Shown here piece after piece: positions 1 to 13,032 of a stretch of 64,000 nucleotides of DNA. The first letter of the stretch is position 1. Each line of letters starts with the position of its first letter. Made by a program: the position numbers and the translations under genes. The stretch lies in assembly GCF_004010195.1 (NCBI RefSeq), contig NC_057718.1, positions 96,316,686 through 96,380,685 on the forward strand, read 5' to 3'. This stretch comes from Chiloscyllium plagiosum. Taxonomy: Eukaryota. Below the pieces are notes generated by a model. The model made no database searches, had not been told where the DNA came from, and saw only the letters and a program-made list of their open reading frames with translations.

Positions 1-357
1 TCTTTATTCCACTATGGTCTGATTTGTACACCGGTCCTGAGAACATTACCTCAGTTGTTTGATTGGTAGTAATGCCACCAGGCCATCACCTTCCCCACGT
101 CCCTGCCCCCTCCCCACCCCCCATGAACTGACATTATATGTTAGATATGGTGCACAAATTAATGTTTGATTCACATTAACTTGCAAAAAAGAATATCACA
201 GGCAAAAACAAAAAGAAAAAAAGTATTATGTTCAGGTCAATGAAAAATAGCCTCTTGCAATCAGTCTTCCTTGAATCTACAGTTTCCACGACTGTTTTGA
301 GCTGCAGTATTGGGTGTAAAGCATTCATATTAATCGACCTTACTTGGCTATAGTTTG

Positions 358-567
358 GAGGAAGGAAAGACTGCAGATGCTAGAGATCAGAGTCGAAGAA
401 TGTGGTGCTGGAAAAACACAGCCGGTCAGGCAGCACCCGACGAACAGGAGAATTGAGGCTTTAGGCATAAGCCCTTCCTGATGAAAGGCTTATACTCAAA
501 ATGTCGACTCCTGCTCCTCGGATGCTGTCTGACCGGCTGTGCTTTTCCAGCACCACATTCTTCGACT
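358..567. mobile_element. Fold-back Penelope-like terminal-repeat mini-element with degenerate hammerhead
   Basis: Inverted arms GAATGTGGTGCTGGAAAA..CAGCCGGTCAG / CTGACCGGCTG..CCAGCACCACATTC; CTGATGA at 478; flanking direct repeat CTTGGCTATA(G/A)TTTG at 343-357 and 568-582. Confidence 0.85.
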
Positions 568-806
568 CTTGGCTATAATTTGACAAATCCTGAGGGCAGT
601 TGGCACTTGAACCCAGATGTTCTGGCCCTGAGGTGCAATAATTATTTTTGATCTCAGCTGATAAATTGACCCACTGCCTGCCTGACAATTGAACATAGAG
701 TGCGCACAATCTCAAATACATTAGATGTATTTTAAAACTATGTTGAAAACTGGATGTAACCTTTCACAAAAAAAAAAGACTGGGAACAGGATTTCGTGAT
801 GATGGT

Positions 807-1095
807 TTTAGATTAGATTACTTACAGTGTGGAAACAGGTCCTTCAGCTCAACAAGCCCACACCGACCCGCCGAAGCACAACCCACCCAGACCCATTCCC
901 CTACACCTAAAACTACAGGCAATTTAGCATAGCCAATTCACCTAACCTACACATTTTTGGACTGTGGGAGGAAACCCATGCAGACACAGGGAGAATGTGC
1001 AAACTCCACACAGTCAGCCGCCTGAGGTGGGAATTGAACCTGGGTCTCTAGTGTTGTGACGTAGCAGTGCTAACCACTTTGCCACTGTGCGGCCC
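807..1095 (-). mobile_element. HE1-like tRNA-derived SINE
   Basis: Revcomp has a tRNA-like head (GTGGTTAGCAC..GGTTCAATTCC), body GGAGTTTGCACATTCTCCC, tail CCTGTTTCCACACTGTA plus short repeats; many copies in the window. Confidence 0.9.
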
Positions 1096-2589
1096 AGCAG
1101 TTAAATGGGGCTAACAGCACATTCTGGGTAAGCCATACAGGACCACAAGTTGAACTCAACCCTTCATTTTATTGCTTCTAGGATTTATCTTGAAAAGTGC
1201 AGAGGAATCTCTCGGTTTTGCAGCATTCCCGTCTAGCATGGATGTGCCTTTCCTTTGGAAACGTCCTGCCATCTGGTGGAGATATTTGTTTCATTATGTT
1301 TACTGATCATTAATCTCTCATTAGAAGTTCCTTCAATCTTTGCTGTTGGTTGTGGGGTTATCCTTTCTCCTTTATTATTAATCTCACTTCCTTTTCCGTG
1401 CACTGGTCATGCTTTTTGTGATACAGGACATGTCCCTTCAACTCAAATGTTTAAAACTCCCTGGTGTCCTGGGAGTTTTTGCCCTTTTCAAGAAAAGAGC
1501 GCATTCTTGTTACACTTTCGATGTCACTTGCAAACATGCCTCATTCCATTTCAACTCGAAAACGGGGTGAGTATGTATGGATGCTAAGAGAATCTTTATA
1601 ATCTCTAACATTTAACCTCTGGCCATTTTCTTCAGTTGGAGTGTGTTACAATCTGTCAGGAAGTCCAATTTGTTGTGGGAATGTGCACGTTCACATGCAC
1701 GCTGTAGCCTGGAGCTATGGATAATGTTGGCGGAGGCTTCAATGTTCTTTCCGTCACATGGCTGACCAGGAATCTCTCCTGCTGTCACCAGCTGCCTTTG
1801 GAGTGTGTTGGAAGAATTTGTAAGTTGACAGGCAACCCTGTCTGATTGTCTAATGTCACCCTTGTTCACCAGATCCTGGAGTACGTTTCTCATCTCATTT
1901 AGCAGCCATTGGCTTTCTCTGTTCCCTCCTTTCTAAACCATTGCCTGGCCAAATGGTCAAGCGGCAGGATGTTCTTGGTCCTCTGTCAGGTCTCAAAGGG
2001 AAACACATTATTTCGTCCTAATTTCCTCAGGCAGGAACTGCCCAATTTTACTTCCAAGGAAGGCAATCTATGAAGACATGTTGTACTTTGAACATCGTTT
2101 TCCTATAAATATCCATTAATTTGAGTTCCACAATTTCAAATTTGTAAGCGTCTTTTCTTCCAGTATCTTCAGGGAAAGGTGAAACATGCTTTTGGAAAAT
2201 GGGATTAGAATAGTTAGGTGGTTGTTTTTGACCAGTGGAGACTTGATAGGCCGAATGACCTTTTTCAGTGCTATAGACTTCTAGGAGTCTATCCTGATTG
2301 ACTTCGCAACTATTTTGAATCACTTAGACCACATTGCAATTAATGCTAATTTCAGGTGTCAATCCCAATTCTTGAGGACTCTATCACCCAGACACATTCA
2401 CCACATTCACCATCCACTTCCAACCCCTCTGAGCCTCCTCAACTCCTGTCAGTGTTCAATTTGTCTACATCAGCTGCTGAACTACCAATGTCTCCATTTT
2501 AAAACTTTCACCTTTGTTTCCCCATATTTTGTCTCCAACTCCTTCCATAACCCTCACTCTCTTTTTCACTGCAACTCTTGGGTATGTTA

Positions 2590-3362
2590 GCACTGTGGTT
2601 ATGTTGCTGCATTAGTGGCCTTGGTTAATGATGTTGGCGCTTGATTACAAATCTCACTGCAACACCTGTGGCATTGAAATTCAGTCAATTAAATAAATAG
2701 AGCAAGGACTTGTATAACGCCTTTAATAACATGCCACAAAACATTTCACAGGACCATAATCGAACAAAATTTGACACTGGGCCACAGAAAGAAACACAAT
2801 GGCCGACGACCAAAATTTTGAATAGAGTAGTCATCTTGAAATAGATTAAAGAAGTTTAAGGAGGGAACTTCAGAGCTTAGAACCTTAGCAGTTGAAGTCA
2901 TGGCCATCAATGGTGAAGCAATTATTATCAGGAACATTCAAGATGCCTGATTTAGATCAGAGCAGATATCATGGAAGGCTGTGGGGCTGGAGAAGATTGC
3001 AGAGAAATTGGGAAACAGCAAAGCTTGTGTTAATGATGGCTGCCATGTAACTGCAGGAATGTCATTAAAGATCATTATGTTCACTCAGTTAGGGGAAGGA
3101 ATTATGCCATCCTTAGCTGGCCCGTCATAAAAATTGCTCTCATTTAACAACAATATAATTGACTCTTAGCTGTCATCTGAAATGATGTGGCAAGTTGTAT
3201 TCAAGTCAAGTTGTATTCTGTTGTATTCAAGAAGGTGTGTGTGGCAAGTATCTCTGTTGTAGTCAAGAAGGCACATATACTGACACCTTCTTGAGGTTAT
3301 TTGAGGATGGACAAAAAATTCTGTCCTTGCCAATGACACCCACATCCCAAAAATGCATTAAA
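2590..3362 (+). mobile_element. Old SINE (second family) interrupted by an L2-like fragment (~2700-3020)
   Basis: Similar to 39600-40080 and 58170-59430 (GTTCACT..GGAAGGAA..GCCATCCTT; tail CACCCACATCCC); diverged. Confidence 0.55.
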
Positions 3363-3504
3363 AAGTGTCCTACCCTCTAACACTACAAGCCTGTGTAATT
3401 CTTTGGTCTGAGATGCTTTTAGTTCTGAAGGAGGACTTAGGATTGATTTCAACACCTTCAGATTGCAAATCCACTCCAATCCTTCCCTCTCTTTTAGTTT
3501 TACT

Positions 3505-3941
3505 CAGAGTCATAGAGTCATCGAGGCAGACAGAATGGAAGCAGACCCTTCAGTCCAACTCATCCATGCTGACCAGATATCCTAATCTAATCTAGTCCCG
3601 TTTGCTAGCACCCGGCCCATATCCCTCCAAATCCTTCCTATTCATACACCCATCCAAATGCCTCTTAAATGTTGCAATTGTATCAGCCTCCACCACTTCC
3701 TCTGGCAGCTCATTCCATACACGTACCACCCTCCGTGTGAAAAAGCTGCCCCATAGGTCCCTTTTAAATCTTTCCCCTCTCACCCTAATCCTATGCCCTC
3801 TAGTTCTGGACTCCCCCGACCCCAGGGAAAAGACCTTGTCTACTTATCCTATCCATGTCCCGCATGATTTTATAAACCTCCATAAGGTCAACCCTCAGCC
3901 TTCGGTGCTCCAGGGAAAACAGCCCCAGCCTTTTCAGCCTC
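3505..3941 (-). mobile_element. CR1/HER1-like LINE 3' fragment
   Basis: ORFs RLGLFSLEHRRLRVDLMEVYKIMR and FFTRRVVRVWNELPEEVVEA; (CATAGAGT)n tail. Confidence 0.92.
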
Positions 3942-4275
3942 AAACTACAGAGCATGGAGCTTGAATACCTACTGATAGTTGTTACATTCTCTGTCACCAT
4001 GCCTCCCCTCCCCTCTCCCCACCCCAGTGACACTGTCTGTTCTTTCCAGTCTGCTAGTTAGACGCACCATTGTTCTGTCATTCTCACATTCCGATTACTT
4101 AATCTGAATTATCAACACCCTTTCACCCCCAGCACTCCACCTCTCTCTGCCACTGCTGCCCCCTCCACACTTCATGTGAGCTCTATGAAGAGTCGTCTCG
4201 ATTCGAAAAGTTAGCTTGCTCTCTCTCCATGGATGCTGCCTGACCCACTGTGATCTCCAGTATTTTTTTGTTCTC
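3942..4275 (+). mobile_element. Penelope-like terminal-repeat fragment (subfamily shared with 23310-23735 and 34922-35120)
   Basis: Degenerate hammerhead ATGAAGAGTCGTCTCGATTCGAAAAGTT followed by GGATGCTGCCTGACC..CTCCAG tail. Confidence 0.7.
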
Positions 4276-4548
4276 TGATAGAAAGACTCTTCGTTCCTGA
4301 TCACCCGTGAAGAGATTAAACCCTGTGAAAATATCACGGTCAGCTTCAATTCGCCAGTGTTCAGTGGGAAGGGAGACAATATGTTACCCATCAGAGATCG
4401 CTCAAAGTAAGGCCTCCATGGTGCCAATATTAGTTGCCTCTGTGGAAGCCCATGCTTTTTCCCCCGAGGTCATATCCTTGGGAGTAGTTTGTGTATATCT
4501 ACTACATAATGTAATGGGATATGTGTTTGATTGTTTTGCTTTGAATTA

Positions 4549-4722
4549 CAGAGGAACCTTGATTATCCGAGGAACATGATCGGGAAGTATTTTGTTCAGT
4601 TAATTGAATTCTGGATAATTGGATGCTGGATAACATAGTTTAGCTAAGCATCGGGACTTTGCGATCTTGCTGGATAATCCAATTTTCGGAGAATTGAATG
4701 CTGGATAATCGAGGTTCATCGG
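4549..4722. mobile_element. Tc1/mariner (pogo/Tigger-like) MITE
   Basis: TIR CAGAGGAACCTTGATTATCC / GGATAATCGAGGTTCATCGG, TA on both sides; second copy at 8184-8393. Confidence 0.85.
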
Positions 4723-5129
4723 TATATCAGTTTGGTTAATTGACCTACTCACTCTGTCTGATTCATTAAGCTTGGATGTGGATTCAGAACAAACCAAGCA
4801 GATAACATGGAGACAGAAGCCGAGCTGGGATATGTTATGATCGTGCAGGTATTTTAAACGATTGTAATAAAGTCAGCTGCACACTTGGCAATGAGCGTAA
4901 TCTCTGCAGTGCTCTCAGGAAAAATCAATGACAAACTGGTGAAACAGCAGTGCAAACACCAAGCTCTTGCAAGCTGGGCATAGCACTACCAGATACCAAG
5001 AAAACATTGCCCCAGTGTACATCACAAGTTCACATAAAGCTCCAGCTGCAGTGTTGTGATGGCCTTTCTATTCCCACAGTAGTCACTTTGTGGCTCTCCT
5101 CATATTATTCTCTCCCATCTCACTCTTTA

Positions 5130-6090
5130 CCAGCAAAAGAGACCTCTGTCTTTCCCATCTGTGACATAGTCAGCCTTTTGCCGACCTTTGGTGTAGGATT
5201 GTTACACATTCTGTCGATCCACAGTAGCAGCTCAGGTCCCCTCCATATTTTCCAATTCTTTCCTTTTCAAATAGTTCCTTTTTCAAATTTGTCGCCACCA
5301 AACATCTCAGGCAGTGCATTCCTCGTAACAACTCTGGTCCTTTTCACAATCGCCTTCAGTCAATATCATTGGGTTCCTGACCTTTCCACCGATACAGTTT
5401 CACTGTACCTACCCTATCCTGACCACTCAAGAGTTTGAACACTGTTATTCAATTTCCTCTGAATCTTCTCTCAGGAGTTAGTTAACAATCACACAACACC
5501 AGGTTATAGTCCAACAGGTTTAATTGGAAGCACTAGCTTTCAGAGCACTGCTATTTCATCAGGTGCTTGTGGAGTATAAGATCATAAGACACAGAATTTA
5601 TAGCAAACAATTACAGCGTCATGCAACTGAAATGATATATTGAAAAAACCTGGATTGTTGTTAAGTCTTTCATCTTTTAGAATGGGTTGAAGGTTTCAGT
5701 TCATTACTATGCAAATGCCAGAACTTCTTTTAAGTCACCTTCTCAAGATAACTTATAACAAAAGGTGACATCTTAGCTCAGATAATGCATTAAAGGTGTG
5801 CGGTTAGATTCTGTCTTAATCCCAGTCTTGAGTCAGGCTGGTTCTATTTACAAAGTGGACTTTATAAAATATTACATGTACTGACTGTCTGCAGATTGTG
5901 CAGCCATCTTCTCTAAGGAGAGCAGTCGCTGCTCTCTGTATGCACTGAGGACTCTCAATATTCTCAGCTGATCTTGCTTACACTTTCTCCAATGTTTTCA
6001 CAACCTTCCAGGAGCACACATCCCAGAACTGGACAGAATGTTGCAATTGAGACTGTGCCAGTGTTTCACAAAGTTTTGCCACTGCATCTT
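5130..6090 (-). mobile_element. Old CR1 3' fragment split by a Penelope-like insertion
   Basis: Degenerate CR1 motifs (CCCAGAACTGGACAGAAT, AATCTTCTCT) either side of 5478-5905. Confidence 0.55.
5478..5905 (-). mobile_element. Penelope-like terminal-repeat fragment with hammerhead (CUA-triplet family)
   Basis: Minus strand AAGCAC-CTGATGA..GAAAGCTA-GTGCTT; flanking repeat ATCTTCTCT(C/A)AGGAG at 5463-5477 and 5906-5920; homologous to 48385-48875 and 55830-56010. Confidence 0.8.
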
Positions 6091-6547
6091 TGAGCAGCAG
6101 GGTAAATCTGCAATTAGCATTGCTGCCTCACACTGCCGGGGACCCCGGTTCAATTCCTACTTCAGGTGACTATCTGTATGGAGTTTGCACATGCTCCCCA
6201 CATCGATGTGGGTTTCCTCCCAGTGAGGAAACACTGCCTCACAGCACCAGAGATCCGCATTTGATTCCACCCTTGGGCGACTGTCTGTGTGGAGTTTGCA
6301 TGTTCTGCCTGTGTCTGCCTGTGTTTCCTCCGAGTCCTCCAGTTTCCTCTCATGTGCAGATTAGTTGGATTGCCCAGGCTAAATTGCCCATTGTGTTCAG
6401 GGATGTGTAGGCTAGTTGGGTTAACCATGGGAAATACAGGGCTATAGGGGTGGGTTTGGGTGGCAATAGGGTGGGTGCCCTCTGTAGGGTTGGCGTAGAC
6501 TCAAAGGGCCGAATGGCCTGCTTCTGCATTAAAAGGATTCTATGATC
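6090..6547 (+). mobile_element. HE1-like SINE with duplicated head
   Basis: Two successive CTGCCTCACA..GGAGTTTGCA segments (~6090-6225 and ~6225-6340), then HE1 tail. Confidence 0.85.
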
Positions 6548-7805
6548 TTGCTTTTACACTCTGTGACACCCTTTAAAAAGCTTGTAGTTCTTAATCACTT
6601 CCCTTGCACTTTCATTGTTTTGTGTACGTATACATGCAGGGCCCCGTGCTCCTGAATCCTCATTGGAATTGTCTTAGCAGTTTGTTGTTAAACAATGTGT
6701 TTCAGAGACATTCTCACTCATTCCACTTTGGTTTGACTCTTACCCAGAGAGCTCAAACTGAGGTGAGTCCAGAATTCCTCAATTTCCGTGCAGGCAAGAC
6801 ACCAAACGCCGTGCCTGACAACATCAATATTTTTCAGTCATGGGAGAGTTTTCTCTGATTTGAAATGAACTGACAGAGAAAGAGATATCAACATCGGATT
6901 CAAATTCATCCTTCTTTCAGGCCCTTGTCAATATTTAGTTAGCAGAATGAAGATACGTGAGCCAGGGATATTGGAAACAAACCAACAATGTGCAATAGCA
7001 TCTAGTGGAAGTCCTGGTTTCCATGTGACTCTGAGAAGCACCCCCTTTAAGTCCCCTTTGCTAACTGATCTGTTAACATGATGCTGAAATTCCCTCTAAT
7101 GGCCAGTGAGACTTCTAAATTGAAACAAGCACCAAATAAGTGCCATTGGGAGTGGGCTAGTGTTGAAATCTTCTTAAAAGGGGAGGAACATAAGGAGTTT
7201 ATTTTCATTGTGAATACTTAATACTCTACTAAGCCTCTCCTTCTATGAAATCATGTCCCAATTCTGCCGTCATGGATTGCCCCTGACATGCCTTTATTTC
7301 TGATGTAAGCAAATGATCTCACGAATGGAACACTGTGAAATTCCTCTCAGGTCCCCAAGGCAATCAAAAAAAAAAGGATCGTGGGCTCGCAGCAAACACT
7401 TGTGGCATATTCATGGTTGGAACAGAACTGGTGCCATATTAATCTTGAGAGCATTTGATCATCAACATATATAGATAATACACATCGAGCTATATGTCTG
7501 TATAACCTTCAATTCCTTTCATAGACAGATATTTGTCCAGCTGCTTTTTTTTTAAAGCATTCATGAATAAAGCAGTCATTTTCAACGATGCAATGGGAAA
7601 AATATCCACATTTCTTTCTAATCTCTAATCTTTCGCGAAGTTTGCCAGTTTTTTCACTCATTTCCTGTAATTCTGCAGCCGTAGGTATGTTGAACAGCGT
7701 GCACAAGTGCCTTTTGGCTTTTTTAGGGATGCAGGTTTTGTCATCTTCCAACCACGGCTGTGTGGCTTGTACTTCCAGCTCTATGTCAGGAGGTTGTGAG
7801 TTCAA

Positions 7806-9898
7806 AACCAGAAATTGCTGGAAAAGCTCAGCAGGTCTGGCAGCAACTGTAGAGGGAAATCAGAGGTAACGTTTAGGGTCCAGTGACCCTTCCTCAGAAC
7901 TGATGGCAGCTGGGAACAAATGGGATTTGATGCAGAATATAAGGTGGGCAGAGGGGTGAATGATAGGTGGAGATAGAGCCCAAAGAGAGAAAAACAGTTG
8001 GACAGGCAAAGGAGTGGATAATGATCAGCCTGGGAGAATAAATAGCTACGAATGGAGACTATTAGTGTTTTTTTGAGAGTGGTGTGCAGTAGCAGACCAG
8101 GTGATAATAAGGCCTGGTGTATAGGGGTTGGCGTAAGGATGAGGGAGACGGTATCTCATGCTGTAAAATTGTTCAATTCCATACAGAGGAACCTTGATTA
8201 TCTGGCATTCAATTATCCAAATTGCGGATTATCCGAACAAGATCGCACGGTCCCAATGCTTGTTATCCAGCATTCAATTATCCAAACGTTCGATTACCCA
8301 GCATTCGATGATCTAGCATTCAATTATCCGGGATTCAATTAACCAAACAAAATGCTCCCCGCCCGTGTTGTTCGGATAATCAAGGTTCCTCTGTATTGAG
8401 TCCAGAAGGTTGGAGGGTTCCCAAGCGGATCATGAGATGCTGTTCTTCCAGTTTGCGCTGAGCTTCATTGGAGCACTGCAGGAAGGCTGAGACAGAGATG
8501 TTGGTCAGGGAACAGAGTGGGGTGTTGAAGGGGCAGGCAACGGGAAGCTCAGGGTCTCTGTTAGGGGCAGAACGTGGGTGTTCTTTGAAGCGGTGACTCA
8601 GTCTATGCTTTGTTTCCCCAAGGCAGAGGAGACCACATTGTGAGCAGCGAACGCTGTAGATTGGATTGTGGGAAGTGCAGGTAAAGTGCTGCTTCACCTG
8701 GAAGGTATGTTTGGGCCCTTGGAGGTGGGAGGAAGTTAACAGGCAGGTGTTACGCCTTCTACGGTTTCAGAGGGAAGGTGCCGTCGGGCTGTGGGAGTTT
8801 GTCAGAATGAAGGTGGAGTGGACCAGGCTATCCCAGAGGGAACACTCTTTGTGGATAATTGACAGGGAGAGACAGGAATATGTGTCTGGTGGCGGCATCC
8901 CCCTGGAAGTTGCAGAAATGGCAGCTGATGACTGTCTGGATGTGGATGCTGATGGGATGGTACATGAGGATGAGGGAAACCCTATCGCTGTTCTGAGAGA
9001 GAAGAGAGGAGGTGAGGGTAAAGTGCAGGAGATGGGTTGGACCTGGCTGAGGACCCTGCAGCTGATGACTGTCTGGATGTGGATGCTGATGGGATGGTAC
9101 GTGAGGATAAGGGAAACCCTATCGCTGTTCTGAGAGGGAAGAGGAGGTGAGGGTAAAGTGCAGGAGATGGGTTGGACCTGGCTGAGGACCCTGTCAACTA
9201 TGGGACTGGGGAATCTTTGGTTGAGGAAGGCAATGGGCATTTTGGTGGCTACCTTTTGAAGTTGACATCATCAGAACATATTCGATGGAGATGGAGGAAC
9301 TGGGTGAATGGAATAGAGTCTTTATAGGAAGCAGGGTGTGATGATGTATAGTTAAGGCAACTTTGGGCATTGGTGGGTTTTTGCTGGATATTGGTGACTA
9401 GCCTATCCCCAGAAATGGAAACAAAGATATCGAGGAAGGGAAAGATGGAATCAGAGATAGACCAGGTGAAGGTGAGAGCGGGGCGGAAGTTGGAAACGCA
9501 GTTGATAATTCCACTTCTAGATAAGAGAGAGAATCAGCACTGATGATATCATCCATATGGTGGAGAAAGAGTTGTGGGTGTGGTCTGGAATAGGACTGGA
9601 ACAAGGAATGTCCCACAAAGAGTCAGGCATAACCAAGGCGAAGGTGAGGCTGAGTCATTCAGCCTCCTCGCCAGATGGTTATCCACTCCTTTGTCTGTCC
9701 AACTGCTCTCTCTCTTTAGGCTCTATCCTCACCTATTGTTTATTCCTTACACTCTTCCCCCCAGCCTCTCTTCTGCACATAAACCAACATTTTCCTAGCT
9801 ACCATCAGTTCTGAGGAAGGGTCACTTGACTCAAAATGTTAACTCTGATAGCACAGATGCTGCCAGACCTGCTGAGCTTTTCCAGCAATTTCTGTTTC
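7806..9898 (-). mobile_element. 5'-truncated Penelope-like retroelement (degenerate RT plus GIY-YIG) with inverted terminal repeat
   Basis: ORF 8380-8697 YSVRCSQCGLLCLGETKHRLSHRFKEH..RKLEEQHLMIRLGTLQPSGLN; RT motif LFLHHMDD (9398-9616); terminal repeat 7806-8050 inverted at ~9660-9898. Confidence 0.92.
8184..8393. mobile_element. Tc1/mariner MITE nested in the Penelope-like element
   Basis: TA|CAGAGGAACCTTGATTATC ... GATAATCAAGGTTCCTCTG|TA; internal CATTCAATTATCC repeats. Confidence 0.9.
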
Positions 9899-10319
9899 AG
9901 CCCCTTCCCATCTTTTCTCTCTTCACGTCTGTAATGGTCACCCTCTCCTTTTTTGTCTGGATTTCCCTTAAATGTATCTGCGCGGTTTGTCTCAGGCCCC
10001 CTTGAGCTAGTGAGTTCCACATTCTCACCAATCTTTGGATAGACAGGTGGGTTTTCTGAGTCCCGAATTGGATTCTGAGGTGACGTTTTGTGTTTTATGC
10101 CTTGGAGATAGGCTGAGATGGCACAACGGGTTGAACCGGAGCAACCAGGAGCTTTTCAATTTCTTGATGTTGTGCTGTCACATTTACAGCAGCTTGCCAA
10201 CAGTTTAGTGTCTTTTTTTTCCTGAGTGACCACACCTAGGTTTAGTTAATGTCACACACAAAGAACAGACGCACGTAATTAAACACTGATCAATTGTATG
10301 TTACCAGTGACTATCTTAT

Positions 10320-10482
10320 GTAGAAATATTAATTCTGATCTCTCTCTCTCTCTGCGGCTGTAACATTATATTCTACACCCTGTTCTGCTAATCCTGATGC
10401 ACTTTGTATGGTACAATCTGTCTGAATAGTACCCAAAACAACACTGTACCTTGGTACATGTGACAACAATAAATCAAATTCA
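10320..10482 (+). mobile_element. LINE-like 3' tail fragment (Rex/Babar- or L2-like)
   Basis: CACTGTACCTTGGTACATGTGACAACAATAAATCAAATTCAAA tail, related to 36300-36385 and 56520-56640. Confidence 0.5.
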
Positions 10483-10653
10483 AACTCTAATATCAATGGC
10501 TCTTAATAGTTGGTTAGTCATGTTCAGGAAGTTTGTTGGCTACATCCATTTAGTGTTGTGATTGTTCTTACTGTACACCCTTTCTTTTTTTTGTCCTTGG
10601 TTGGTTGAGATCCATCTATTGTGCAGTTGTGTGCCCTAGATTGCCGTATATCA

Positions 10654-11363
10654 GGTGGTCGAGAGTGTGGTGCTGGAAAAGCACTGCAGGTCAGGCAGCA
10701 TTCGAGGAGCAGAAGAATCGACGTTTCGGGCATAAGCCCTTCATCAGGAATGAGGCTTGTGGGCCGGGGCTGAGAGATAAATAGGAGGGGCTGGAGTTTG
10801 GGGTGGTCTGCTCTACACTGGGGAGAGAGGACGCCTTCTTGCGGATCATTTCAGGGAACATCTCTGGTACACCTGCACCCACCAACACCACCGCCCCGTG
10901 GCTGAACACTTCAACTCCCCCTCCACTCCATCAAGGACATGCAAGTCCTGGGCCTCCTCCACTGCCAAACCATGACCACTTGACGCCTGGAGGAAGAATG
11001 CCTCATATTCTGCCTTGGGACCCTGCAACCACACGGGATCAATGTGGATTTCAACAACTTCCTCACTTCCCTTCCCCCTAAATCATCCCAGTCCAAAGTC
11101 TCCAACTTGGCACCACCCTCCACACCTGTCCATCACTCCCCTCTCTGAACTATCACCTTCTCCCTCACCTTCATCCACCTATAGCTTTCTTAGATACCCA
11201 CCAGCCCCCTCCCATTTATCTCTCAGCCCCGGCCCACAAGCCTCATTGCTTATGCCCGAAACGTCGATTCTCCTGCTCCTCGGATGCTGCCTGACCTGCT
11301 GTGCTTTTCCAGCACCACACTCTCGACTCTGATCTCCAGCATCTGCAGTCCTCACTTTCTCCT
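10654..11363 (+). mobile_element. 5'-truncated Penelope-like element, GIY-YIG remnant plus inverted terminal repeat
   Basis: GIY-YIG homology to 63168-63680 over 10803-11070; inverted terminal repeat ~10657-10800 vs ~11200-11330; possible TSD CCGT(A/G)TA(T/C)CA. Confidence 0.9.
10720..10747 (-). ncRNA. Minimal type I hammerhead ribozyme core (intact)
   Basis: CTGATGA-A-GGGC-TTAT-GCCC-GAAAC-GTC: both conserved boxes, stem II, palindromic ACGT helix III, GUC triplet. Confidence 0.75.
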
Positions 11364-11469
11364 CCGTGTACCATATTATATTTTTCATTCAAGGAATTAA
11401 GCTACTGAGTGAATTTGTTCAAATTCCATTAAATGCTCACAATCCTCCCAAAATGGCCACCTGCATCAC

Positions 11470-11835
11470 TTAATTGATATTACTGCTGAATTTGATGATA
11501 ACGGTGAGGTATTCTCTTTGGCAATGTTTGTGGGGAAGCAATGACAAATAAGTTATTTGGGAATTTCCTTTCCCTCTGTTCTCCTCCATATGCCTGAGCC
11601 ACATGAGTGATTCTCCCAGGAGGATTGTCACCTCTTGGCTCTTGGCATTGTACATTGCCGCGAGTACTTCTCTGAACTGGCCTTGTTTCTGTGTTTCCTG
11701 CCCCCTTCGTTGGAAATGTGTTTCTTTTCAAGAGATGATATCTAATTTCTGTGAGAGGAAGATGTGCCAAAACATCGGATCCTTTGGCAAAGCCACTGAT
11801 AGCTTTAACATTCCAGGATACAATTTTGGTGTTTG
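11470..11835 (-). mobile_element. Ancient L1/Tx1-type ORF2 endonuclease fragment (frameshifted)
   Basis: Manual translation KIVSWNVKAISGFAKGSDVLAHL / QKLDII..KETHF / YNAKSQEVTILL matches the APE N-terminal motifs SWNVxG, DIxxLQETH, SRGVAIL. Confidence 0.75.
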
Positions 11836-12567
11836 CTTTCTGCTGTTCATTTCCACAGACATAAACTGAACAGGTCCAGCAGACCTGCTATCACACTCGC
11901 ATATGTTAGCTTAAAAGTAGTCTAGCATGCATTCCCTGCAATTAGATTTGCTATGTGGTGTTTGCGTGACTTCCTAAGTCCCTGTTTTCCATTTCTTAAT
12001 TCCCTCATCACCTATTCCTTCCTGTCTTTTGCACATGATTTCACAATTAAATCAAAGGGAAGCGCTCCATGCTTGGCACTTGAGTGAGTTTGATTTTTCT
12101 TTCACTTCAGTTATGCAGCAGACCTGTTCTTCCAGCAGCCTCCTGATCTCAGAGGATTTGTTGGTCTGTTTGTATGATTTGGATCTCGCCTGCACAGTGA
12201 CGGCCTATCTGTGTGATACCTTCCATGGACAGTGCAACTGTCCCTCAGTTTTAATCTGTAAAATGACAGCGTTAATGCGAATGAGAATGGGATTGGGACT
12301 GGCTGAATTGCTCCTTGCAGATTCAATGGATTGATTCGGTACTGCACTATTCCAGAGTCTTCATGGCACAGAAAGAGGCCATTTGACACATGCTCAGTTT
12401 CTATACAACAATGCCCTGCTTCTCTCTCCTCGAACATACCTCCATTCTTTTTTGAATTTATTGCTTTTCTCTGTTTCCACCACTATACAGTGTGTGAGTT
12501 TCACCCTGAATAGCCTTTCGCACAATGCATATTTTTTCCAGCCCTGCCTTACATCTGTAACCCTTGG

Positions 12568-13032
12568 TCATAGAGTCATAGAGATGTACTGCACGGAAAC
12601 AGAGCCTTAGGCACAACTCGTCCATGCCGACCAGGTATTCTAACCTAATCGAGTCCCATTTGCCAGCACTTGGCCCATATCCCTCCAAACCCTTCCTATT
12701 CATATACCCATCCACATGCCTTTTAAATGTTGTAATTGTACCAGCCTCCACCACTTCCCCTAACAGCTCATTTCACACACGCACCACCCTCTGCATGAAA
12801 AGGTTGCCCCTTAGGACCCTTTAATATCTTTCCCCCCTCACTCTAAACCTGTGCCCCTCTAGTTCTGGACTCCTCTGCCCCAGGGAAAAGACTATTTATC
12901 CTATCCATGCCCCTCATGATTTATAAACCTCGATAAGGTCACATCTCAGCCTCCGACACTTCAGGGAAACAGCCCAGGTCTAATCCTCCAATGCTGGCAA
13001 CATCCTTGTAAATCTTTTCTGAACCCTGTCAA
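12568..13032 (-). mobile_element. CR1/HER1-like LINE 3' fragment running into a gap
   Basis: ORF VEAGTITTFKRHVDGYMNRKGLEGYG; CATAGAGT tail. Confidence 0.9.

Noticed and set aside
1612..1893. 93-aa minus-strand ORF in unique DNA
   Set aside because: No recognisable motif or convincing splice sites; stop shortly upstream.
12029..12437. Overlapping ORFs, possibly L1 ORF1 upstream of the L1 endonuclease fragment
   Set aside because: Position fits but similarity is too weak to call by eye.
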